Virus record (IMG/VR): IMGVR_UViG_3300013751_000152
Source of the DNA: a virus
DNA length: 64,000 nucleotides
Direction: 5' to 3' (one strand)
Part shown: positions 1-7,329 of the stretch, piece by piece
Layout: each line of letters begins with the position of its first letter
How positions within the stretch are numbered: position 1 is the stretch's first letter
Translations under genes and position numbers: made by a program
The notes under the pieces: model-generated
Databases searched by the model: none
Told to the model about the DNA's origin: nothing
What the model saw: only the letters and a program-made list of their open reading frames with translations

Positions 1-89
1 TTTTCAGCCAAGTGATGAAAATAATCTTTCAACTGCTTATACATCGTTTTTTTTTTAATTTTTCCTCTTTTTGCTCAAAACCCCGATTT

Positions 90-340
90 TTTTTTCCTAC
101 ATTTCCTACAAAACCTACAAAAAACATAAGTTACTGAAAATCAAGATAAATATTTTTTCAATGGGGCTTTTTCGTGTTAATTTCCCTTAAATTCTTGTAG
201 GAAAACCGCATTTCATTTTCCTACACTTTCCTACAACTTCCACATTTTCCTACAAATCCTACGCCTTTTCCTACGCTTTTTTAGTCTTAAATAACTGATT
301 TATAAGTAAATAAACCTTTGTAGGAAATGTAGGAAAAAAA
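90..340. repeat. Iteron-like array of TTTCCTACA/TGTAGGAAA (about 11 copies, both orientations); candidate replication origin
   Basis: Repeats read directly; AT-rich, non-coding. Confidence 0.7.
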
Positions 341-425
341 AACAGCACTTTTTAGCGAAAAAGTGTATTTTTCAAAAAAAAAATGCACTTTTTCCATTTT
401 CTCTCTTCTCTGCTGGCATTAATCA

Positions 426-1325
426 TTAGAAATAAAGTCCCGACTTCTTAGCCACAGGCTCCCTAAGTACGAGCGGCTCGCCTTGGTAGCAGGGGAACAA
501 TGCAGGGTGTGCCTTTATATATTGTAATAGCAGGTCCCTATATCCCTGCGCCCGCTCCAGGAATCCCTCCTTAAGGGCTTTTAGCTGGGTGTCGCTCAGC
601 AGCATGGACTTCTGCCAAGGCAGCTGCTCCCATTGCAGCACGATTCCCGAAGTGGTATAGGTAAGCCCCTGCATAAAGACGGCATCGGCCAAGGTGTAGT
701 AACCTACGATCTTCCTAAGCAGCCCCAGCGCCGTCTCATCCCCGCGTATATCCGAGAGCACACAGGGCGACAGCTGCGGGGCTATGTACAACTCCCATAT
801 ATCCCGCATCAGGGGCAACAGCCGCAAGAAGATCTCGTACGAATCCCCTATGGAATACAGCTCCGACAGCTCCCGCGGACTGCCAAAGAGCGAACCCGCC
901 ACTTCACGGGCAAAGGGCAACTCGGCCCCAAGGGAACTCGTGGAGAGGAGCGCCACAGCACCATTGAGCGCCTGATCCCCTATGCGTACCGCGTTCAGCC
1001 CATAGTCTCGCACATCCCACCAGGGCGAACGCTCCATCTTATTATCTTGGTACGCGTTGGCGCCTGTACTGGACAGGTGCATTTTTACGAAAGGAATACT
1101 GTACGCAATGGCATAGTTGGCCACAGCCTTTTTCACCCCCTCGTATATCTCCGCTTTGTGTGGCATAACAAAGGAATCATCGGAGAGCTTCTCCCATATC
1201 ACCTCACCTACCAGCGGACGAACCCGCTCACTAATAGCCGTATCTATATACGGCCTAAGGATCTGTATATCCAAGTATTTGGACACATGGATATACGCCT
1301 TAATCTCTTCAATTCGTTCAAACAT
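426..1325 (-). CDS. Conserved phage protein downstream of portal (possible head completion/adaptor, DUF6712-like)
   Basis: 299-aa ORF with its own late-promoter motif at 1339-1374; function inferred from position. Confidence 0.55.
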   Translation of the reverse strand: MFERIEEIKAYIHVSKYLDIQILRPYIDTAISERVRPLVGEVIWEKLSDDSFVMPHKAEIYEGVKKAVANYAIAYSIPFVKMHLSSTGANAYQDNKMERSPWWDVRDYGLNAVRIGDQALNGAVALLSTSSLGAELPFAREVAGSLFGSPRELSELYSIGDSYEIFLRLLPLMRDIWELYIAPQLSPCVLSDIRGDETALGLLRKIVGYYTLADAVFMQGLTYTTSGIVLQWEQLPWQKSMLLSDTQLKALKEGFLERAQGYRDLLLQYIKAHPALFPCYQGEPLVLREPVAKKSGLYF

Positions 1326-1338
1326 ATTCTTTTTTCTT

Positions 1339-1374
1339 ACAAAAATAAAAGTCCTTCCCCGCTTGGGAAAGGAC
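1339..1374 (-). promoter_or_regulatory. Late-promoter motif GTCCTTT-N20-TAnnTTTG overlapping a terminator-like hairpin
   Basis: Same motif with identical 20-nt spacing occurs 8 times in the prophage. Confidence 0.7.
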
Positions 1375-1399
1375 TTGTTTTTGTATAAAGTAGTAAGAC

Positions 1400-2494
1400 T
1401 TATTCTTTTTCTTTTTCCTTTTGATCTTTATTCTTTTTTTGAAAAATCATATTGATACGGATATAGATAATTAGGCTTATCAATAGAACAATGATATACA
1501 ACAGAATACTTTTTTGTAGGTATAACCAAACTGCCAACCAACCAAAGGTTATAAATACAGGAATACTATCTTTAGGAATTTTTGTATTATCTATCATGGC
1601 ATCTGCGATAGGGGTTACTACCATAAATATAGCACTAATAAAAAATAGTTTTCTCAATAAATCCCCCAAAAATGGTATTTCTGAGAAGAAAATATAAAAG
1701 ACAAAGGGTAATAGCGCCACATACAGTAATATTCCTATTCTATTAATTAATTTTCCTAATAATCCTATTCTTTTTTCATATATATAACTTAGGTTCATGT
1801 TTTGGATCTGATCCTTATGAATACAAAAGTTATGTCCCTCTATACTCTTTCCAAAGGGGTATCCTGGAGAATATTTGCCTATTTCTTTTTTAGAGGTATT
1901 TTCTATTACTATGGTTTCTATATTGGTATCATTTTTAGAAAGATGGTAATTTTTTATCTTCCCTGTATATATAATATGGTCAGTAGTTAGTATGTCTATA
2001 TCTGTGTATATATATTTAAACCCTTTAGGTGCTTTGTTCAATTTACCTCTAAAGAGAGCATGCCAATAATTGTAAAAATTAAAATTTAATATAGTAGCTA
2101 ACTTGTTACAGATAAAACCTAACAATCCTGATATTGTATATAAGATAAAAATTATTATAAAAAAATCTCCACTTTTTTCATCAAAAGTCTTTTTGTCAGG
2201 GAAAGTTATATCTGATTGTACATTGTGTAAGTTCTCATATATTTCCTTTATAGTGTCATAAGAAATTTCTGATATTAGATTCACTCCAGACCAAGAAAAT
2301 AGGTATATGAAAAAATAACAAGTGATGAGCATAAGTACACTAAAGAAAAGTGTCCAGACAAATCTTTCAAATAAGTTACCAAAATAAAACTCCTTTGAAT
2401 ACTCCCCACTATAAAAATAGTTCCTAAACAATATGCCAGGAACTATAAATATCATAATATATATAATTGTATTTAGTGCAAGATTTATTTCCAT
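1400..2494 (-). CDS. AT-rich multi-pass membrane protein, moron (DUF6338-like N-terminus)
   Basis: 364 aa, N- and C-terminal TM clusters, FIVPG motif, much lower GC than flanks. Confidence 0.65.
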   Translation of the reverse strand: MEINLALNTIIYIMIFIVPGILFRNYFYSGEYSKEFYFGNLFERFVWTLFFSVLMLITCYFFIYLFSWSGVNLISEISYDTIKEIYENLHNVQSDITFPDKKTFDEKSGDFFIIIFILYTISGLLGFICNKLATILNFNFYNYWHALFRGKLNKAPKGFKYIYTDIDILTTDHIIYTGKIKNYHLSKNDTNIETIVIENTSKKEIGKYSPGYPFGKSIEGHNFCIHKDQIQNMNLSYIYEKRIGLLGKLINRIGILLYVALLPFVFYIFFSEIPFLGDLLRKLFFISAIFMVVTPIADAMIDNTKIPKDSIPVFITFGWLAVWLYLQKSILLYIIVLLISLIIYIRINMIFQKKNKDQKEKEKE

Positions 2495-2498
2495 TATC

Positions 2499-2741
2499 CT
2501 ACATAACCATTATGGTCATTTCTTTGTTATCACTCAGTGTTATTGTTGTCTCTTTTAGGGAACGATTGCTTTTTAGTTCTCTTACTGCCTGTTGAAACTT
2601 CTCCTTATCTTCATCTGTCTTTAGCCTTGCTTCTATATCATTATTTGAAATAGGAGAATCCGTAAAAATGGAGGAAAAAAATGGGATAAAGCCCATAGTT
2701 ATATTCCTCAACTCCTGAAGGTAAAGCGTTAATGTTTTCAT
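2499..2741 (-). CDS. Small hypothetical protein, first gene of moron
   Basis: 80-aa ORF, own TATCTTTG promoter at ~2793-2800. Confidence 0.6.
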   Translation of the reverse strand: MKTLTLYLQELRNITMGFIPFFSSIFTDSPISNNDIEARLKTDEDKEKFQQAVRELKSNRSLKETTITLSDNKEMTIMVM

Positions 2742-2909
2742 TTCAAAAGAATTTTTACATTACCTAAAAAAGTAATGATTCGTTTCACGCTGCAAAGATA
2801 CAACTTTTTTCAAAATGTGTAACATTTGTCGCACGATTTTATCATGTCAAAAAACAACACAAAAACATGTACAAAAAAACGAAACAAAATGACGTATATT
2901 TATACCCCC

Positions 2910-4232
2910 CTAATTTACGATTACCTGTTGCCCATTGGGGTTCTTGTCCAAGGTTGTAAGGTTGATATTGGGGAAATTGCCGTATAGGCTCTCGTCCCAA
3001 CCGTTCCAGTCTCTTATCCGCTCGAATATCTCCAAGGTACGCAAACGCTTGATCGGCATACGAGTGGAGAGGATCGTATAGGCTTCCCGCTTGTCCGAGC
3101 CGCTCCCGCTGAGGTTCTTCCCCCCTGGAATACCCGCTCCGAGCAAACAAGGATCTACCCCCATTGGGAAAAGTATCTCCGAGTTCCCCGCACTGGCATC
3201 GGGCAGGAAGTTGCCGTCTTTTATTTTGTCATCTATGGGTACCACTTCTATACCACGTATGAGGTTCCCAGAGCTGTCACGAAAGAAAGGCGATAGGAAG
3301 GAGCGCCCCGCAGCCTTATTCCCACTCATGTGCTCATCTATCGCCTTAATAGTCTTCTGCCGCTCTTGCTCCTTCTGCACATCGCTCATCTCCTGCCACT
3401 CATTGCGGCCAAACTTATGGGAGAAAAAGTCATCAGCCACATAGATAACAAATTTCAAGTTCAGTTGGTTCTCAAACATGTACTTCTTGAACGTCGGCAC
3501 CGATAGCACCACATCCACCCAACCATTGGCAAAGGAGCTATGCCATTTCACCTTGGGGTAATTCTTCTCCGTGGTAAGGGTACGCATCACTGGCACGATG
3601 AATTTGTCCACCTTCTTCTCCTTACAATATGTTTTAAGGCTCTCTACCGAATGCATATCCGAGTAAAAGGGCACTTCCTCCGTCAGCTCCTCGTCCAGTG
3701 TGCCACCCCACGAGGTATTGATATACACCTTATCCACATAGCCCTTTTCCTTGGGTACACCCAATCTGCAATGAGCCGCTTGCTGCCGCTTTATGGATAC
3801 GATCTTGTCCCTATTGGGTGAAAGCAGGTACTCCACAAAGGCAATTCCGTAGGTCTCGAAGTCTTCCACGATCTCGGACATGGTAATATCCCAGCGGCAA
3901 GCCTTAAAGAACTGGTTCAGCTCAGGGAAAGAGTTACGTGCGCGTTCCTTAGTTACTATTCCTTCTTCTGTCTCCACATCCTGATAAAGGCGGAATCCCA
4001 ACCCATAATGAGCCGAGATCAGCACCTCCAGCCCGCCTATGGCCGCCCCTGTCTTATTGAGCTTTTCCGTCAGCTGCTGCGGATAAAGGTTATCATCCCC
4101 CCACACGGAGTACTTATCCGTATCGGATAAGTCTTTTTTTGCCTTGGGCGCTGTAAGCCCTTTCTTATTATCAAAGAGCACAGCCGCCCCACTCTTAGAG
4201 AGTATATACAAATCGTTATCTATTTTTTCCAT
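2910..4232 (-). CDS. Phage portal protein
   Basis: 440 aa; WGDDNLYP N-terminal motif and GVDPCLLG...SGSDKREA C-terminal motif typical of Bacteroidota prophage portals. Confidence 0.8.
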   Translation of the reverse strand: MEKIDNDLYILSKSGAAVLFDNKKGLTAPKAKKDLSDTDKYSVWGDDNLYPQQLTEKLNKTGAAIGGLEVLISAHYGLGFRLYQDVETEEGIVTKERARNSFPELNQFFKACRWDITMSEIVEDFETYGIAFVEYLLSPNRDKIVSIKRQQAAHCRLGVPKEKGYVDKVYINTSWGGTLDEELTEEVPFYSDMHSVESLKTYCKEKKVDKFIVPVMRTLTTEKNYPKVKWHSSFANGWVDVVLSVPTFKKYMFENQLNLKFVIYVADDFFSHKFGRNEWQEMSDVQKEQERQKTIKAIDEHMSGNKAAGRSFLSPFFRDSSGNLIRGIEVVPIDDKIKDGNFLPDASAGNSEILFPMGVDPCLLGAGIPGGKNLSGSGSDKREAYTILSTRMPIKRLRTLEIFERIRDWNGWDESLYGNFPNINLTTLDKNPNGQQVIVN

Positions 4233-4245
4233 ACTGGTAACTTTT

Positions 4246-4318
4246 CACTAACACCTAACCACTAACCACTAATCACTAACCACTGACTACTGACTGCTGA
4301 CCTCTGTCTACTGACCAA
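4246..4318. repeat. Degenerate 7-bp tandem repeat (CTAACCA/CTGACTA type)
   Basis: About ten 7-mer units read directly. Confidence 0.8.
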
Positions 4319-4319
4319 T

Positions 4320-4355
4320 GCAAAAATAAAAAGCCCTTTCCATTTCAGAAAGGAC
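4320..4355 (-). promoter_or_regulatory. Late-promoter/terminator motif upstream of portal
   Basis: GTCCTTT-N20-TATTTTTG. Confidence 0.7.
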
Positions 4356-4399
4356 TTTCTTTTTTGTCATTAATCATTATTGTCACTCGTCACTAGTCA

Positions 4400-4675
4400 C
4401 TACCCATTGTATTCCTCGCAGAACGCCGCTATCTCCTCCTTATGCCTTTGTATAATAAAGGTCAGCGAGAGCACATGCAAGAATATATCTTTGATAAAGG
4501 CTTCTTCCTGCTTGTCAAAAAAGGTAGAATCCTCCAACAGCTTCGGAAATTGCAAGAGCCGTTCTTGGAAGTCGTCCTCCCTATCTAACCTATCGTCTAT
4601 TTCGCAGAGCCAATATACTAACTTCCTCCCAAGCACTTCGTCTAACGGACGTGGTAATTGTTTCTCCCCTCTCAT
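4400..4675 (-). CDS. Cassette A1 gene 2, 91-aa hypothetical (paralog of 6486-6761, 24366-24647, 31529-31798)
   Basis: Near-identical motif LPRPLxEVLGRKLxYW...LLQFPKLLEDSTFFDK in three copies. Confidence 0.85.
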   Translation of the reverse strand: MRGEKQLPRPLDEVLGRKLVYWLCEIDDRLDREDDFQERLLQFPKLLEDSTFFDKQEEAFIKDIFLHVLSLTFIIQRHKEEIAAFCEEYNG

Positions 4676-4992
4676 AGCACACCTCCTTCCTTGGCTTTAG
4701 CATTAGCAATCGCCCCATGCAGTGAGAGCACCGCTTTAGCGAATGTCCTCCCCTTACCCTCCTGACAAAGCGCACTAATACGCCACTCTTCTACAAGGCG
4801 CCCACGCTGCAAGCACCTCACCACACACTCCCCATGCGCAGCCTTGATAATATCCTTAAAAAACTCCTTGGCCACCTGCTCCGAGAGGTACTCCAATAGC
4901 TGATCCTTTCCTATAGGTAGGGGTTGGATTTTTTGATACAACGCCTCCACTATGGGCGTTGCTTCTGTTTGATTGGTTTGGTATTTCAACAT
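4672..4992 (-). CDS. Cassette A1 gene 1, RNA-controlled hypothetical protein
   Basis: 106 aa, homologous to 24644-24976; ATGA overlap with next gene. Confidence 0.8.
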   Translation of the reverse strand: MLKYQTNQTEATPIVEALYQKIQPLPIGKDQLLEYLSEQVAKEFFKDIIKAAHGECVVRCLQRGRLVEEWRISALCQEGKGRTFAKAVLSLHGAIANAKAKEGGVL

Positions 4993-5007
4993 AATATAAA
5001 AAAATAG

Positions 5008-5087
5008 CAGCGTGAGTAGGTGCTGTTGAAATACCTCGTTTCCGATAATATTGCCATATATTACTATATAGCGACACCCTCACGCTG
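5008..5087 (-). ncRNA. Structured antisense RNA copy A1 (C4/CI-like)
   Basis: Closing stem CAGCGTGAG/CTCACGCTG, GTAA-capped hairpin, segment complementary to 4980-4991 and 5133-5147; promoter TACCTTTG at 5151-5158. Confidence 0.8.
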
Positions 5088-5221
5088 TGAGTTATATAAT
5101 ATTTTATGATTTTATGCGGATATAAGAATCCACGAGATATTTCAACACCGCAAAGGTACAACTTTTTTCCTTTCCTCCAAATCTTTTCTCAAAAAAATTT
5201 TCACTCGCCACTAACCACTAA

Positions 5222-5443
5222 TCACTGACTACTGACCTCTGACAACTGATCACTGATTTTTTTAATATATCGGATAAGGTCTTGCAGGTTTTTCTCGTTG
5301 AACTTATCTCGGTGGCTGCCTTGGCTTTTTTTGTTGCGGAAAGCCTGCACGCTTATACCCATTGCTTTGGCGCAGCCTTTGGCGCCCATATCCAGCGCCT
5401 CTATGATCCGCTCTATTTCTTGGGTTATCTGATCAGTATCCAT
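5222..5443 (-). CDS. Small HTH (XRE/Cro-like) protein, cassette B1
   Basis: 73 aa, AKAMGIS helix-turn-helix; paralog at 23467-23682 shares FNEKNLQDL. Confidence 0.8.
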   Translation of the reverse strand: MDTDQITQEIERIIEALDMGAKGCAKAMGISVQAFRNKKSQGSHRDKFNEKNLQDLIRYIKKISDQLSEVSSQ

Positions 5444-5565
5444 AGCAGTAGTATTACAAATGCAACAAAAAACAAAACAGCCTCAAGGCTTATGCTCACT
5501 TCTATTTCCTGTTCAAAGGGTTCTTTTGAAAAAATATTTTTCAATAATTTTAAAAAGGCATTCAT
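5425..5565 (-). CDS. 46-aa single-TM peptide, cassette B1
   Basis: Hand translation MNAFLKLLKNIFSKEPFEQEIEVSISLEAVLFFVAFVILLLWILIR; similar to 23664-23771. Confidence 0.6.
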   Translation of the reverse strand: MNAFLKLLKNIFSKEPFEQEIEVSISLEAVLFFVAFVILLLWILIR

Positions 5566-5591
5566 ATCGAAAAAATTAGTATATTTGCAGT

Positions 5592-5707
5592 CAAAAGCAG
5601 GGGAGAGCCTTACGCTCCCCCCACTTTTTGAGATTAACTAAAGAGAAAAACGAGGAGTTTTTCAAGGCTGGCTCTTATTCTTAGCAGGAATGACCAGCCT
5701 TTTTTTA
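5592..5707 (+). ncRNA. Putative antisense RNA of cassette B1
   Basis: + strand TATATTTG promoter at 5580-5587, GC hairpin, terminator AAGGCTGG...CCAGCCTTTTTTT. Confidence 0.5.
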
Positions 5708-5747
5708 GTCTCTCAAATTTGAATTTGATTTTTAGTTCAAAAAACAT
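5634..5747 (-). CDS. 37-aa cationic/hydrophobic peptide, cassette B1
   Basis: Hand translation MFFELKIKFKFERLKKGWSFLLRIRASLEKLLVFLFS; promoter at 5811-5819. Confidence 0.5.
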   Translation of the reverse strand: MFFELKIKFKFERLKKGWSFLLRIRASLEKLLVFLFS

Positions 5748-5904
5748 AATTCAAATTTTTTGGTTAAACAAAGAAGTCTAAGAACTTCATCCCTGATTCT
5801 CAAGGACACTGCAAAGATACATTATATTTTCATAACCACAAAATAAATCACAAACTTTTTTCAGTCTTTTTGTGTTAAAGTTTTTGTAACGCTATTTTTT
5901 TGTA

Positions 5905-6207
5905 TTAATAAACTACTTCTTTCCCATTAAAAGCCACTATAAATAGGATAATAATTTTCTTTATAGTGCCGTCTGCAAGTTTAATATTTCGTGTCTTGTT
6001 GTACCAGTGGTTAGGGTTTTTCTCAAAGTCTTTTTTAGCCTTGGGCTGTTGCATTAGGGTAGCATTATGGTATATCAGGAGCTTTCCACCAAACCCATTT
6101 TGCTTGTTGTAGGTGCGTACAGCAATGGAAAAGGGTATCGGCTTTTTCTCTGCATCTAATTTTCGCATTTCTGTCAAAGCGTCCTTTAAAAATATCTTTT
6201 CTACCAT
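5905..6207 (-). CDS. Conserved phage hypothetical protein
   Basis: 100-aa ORF preceded by the late-promoter motif at 6211-6246. Confidence 0.7.
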   Translation of the reverse strand: MVEKIFLKDALTEMRKLDAEKKPIPFSIAVRTYNKQNGFGGKLLIYHNATLMQQPKAKKDFEKNPNHWYNKTRNIKLADGTIKKIIILFIVAFNGKEVVY

Positions 6208-6449
6208 GCTGCAAAGGTCAAAAAACTATCAGGATAAATAAAGGACACATTCCCCAGCGGGAAAAACAGGGTACTTTATCATTATTTTGCATTCACTGCT
6301 TTGTTTTTCAAAATGTTAAAAGTCTAAAAATCAATTTCATTTTCATTACGTACAAAAAAAGCCCCCTGCCGCCTTAATTGTTTTTACAATTTGAATTTTA
6401 AAAATCGGAGTGAAATATGAATCAGTGGGCTCGCCTGGTCAAGAATCGT

Positions 6450-6480
6450 AAAAAAACCTCTCCCAAAGGAGAGGCTTTGT
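6450..6480 (-). terminator. Intrinsic terminator after cassette A2
   Basis: CCTCTCC/GGAGAGG stem followed by T-run on minus strand. Confidence 0.65.
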
Positions 6481-6485
6481 AGTCA

Positions 6486-6761
6486 TTATTCATTGTACTG
6501 TTCACAGAAGGTACGGATCTCCTCCTTATGCTTCTGTATGATAAAGGTCAGAGAGAGCACATGCAGGAATATATCCTTGACAAAGGCTTCCTCTTCCTTG
6601 TCAAAAAAGGTAGAGTCCTCCAATAACTTAGGGAACTGTAATAGTTTTTCTTGGAAATCCTCCTCGCGATCTATCTTATCATCTATCTCGCAGAGCCAAT
6701 AGGCGAGCTTTCTTCCGAGGACTTCATTTAGTGGGCTGGGTAGTTGTTTGTTTGCTCTCAT
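6486..6761 (-). CDS. Cassette A2 gene 2, 91-aa hypothetical
   Basis: Close paralog of 4400-4675. Confidence 0.85.
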   Translation of the reverse strand: MRANKQLPSPLNEVLGRKLAYWLCEIDDKIDREEDFQEKLLQFPKLLEDSTFFDKEEEAFVKDIFLHVLSLTFIIQKHKEEIRTFCEQYNE

Positions 6762-7099
6762 AGTACAGCCCTCCTTTCTTTTTGGGTGGAAATATAGTAG
6801 GATAAGTAAGCGTGTATCACAGCAATCGGGAACGAGGGGTCAGAAGTAGTCCCCGCAGAAGTAGAGACATGCCACTGACCATCACGGAGGGCAAGTAGGA
6901 AGTTACACGCGGTATCCTTGAGCAAGCAGTGGAAACATTCCCGAGCGATGGCATCCACCACCGTAGGATCGTCAGCAGGTTCGTAATCATTGGGGTTTTT
7001 CAAGCAGCCTGTACTACTTAGAAGAGAAAGCCGATTCGTGCGGCCAGTTGCCCACGAAATAGCCAAAGCTACATGGTGTGAAGTTGGAATTTGTAACAT
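6758..7099 (-). CDS. Cassette A2 gene 1, RNA-controlled hypothetical protein
   Basis: 113 aa; weak similarity to A1/A3 gene 1; start codons complementary to upstream RNA. Confidence 0.7.
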   Translation of the reverse strand: MLQIPTSHHVALAISWATGRTNRLSLLSSTGCLKNPNDYEPADDPTVVDAIARECFHCLLKDTACNFLLALRDGQWHVSTSAGTTSDPSFPIAVIHAYLSYYISTQKERRAVL

Positions 7100-7116
7100 A
7101 ATATAAAAAAATAAGA

Positions 7117-7194
7117 GGCGTGAGTAGGTGCTGTTACAAATTCCATTGGATAGAAATTTTGCTATATATTACTATATAGCGACACCCTCACGCC
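7117..7194 (-). ncRNA. Structured antisense RNA copy A2
   Basis: GGCGTGAG/CTCACGCC stem, GCTATATA-GTAA-TATATAGC hairpin, guide complementary to 7085-7098 and 7241-7254; promoter at 7258-7265. Confidence 0.8.
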
Positions 7195-7329
7195 GTGAGT
7201 TATAATATCATGAATAATTTTTTTCGGATATAAAAATCCCTGGAATTTGTAACACTGCAAAGGTACAACTTTTTTAAAAACCTCCAAATGTTTTTAGAAA
7301 AAAAAATTACTTTCCCGTTAAAATCCTCT

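Noticed and set aside
5024..5147. Invertible promoter flanked by inverted repeats
   Set aside because: The promoter lies outside the inverted pair, a third copy overlaps the ATG, and GNRA loops with G-U covariation point to RNA structure rather than DNA inversion
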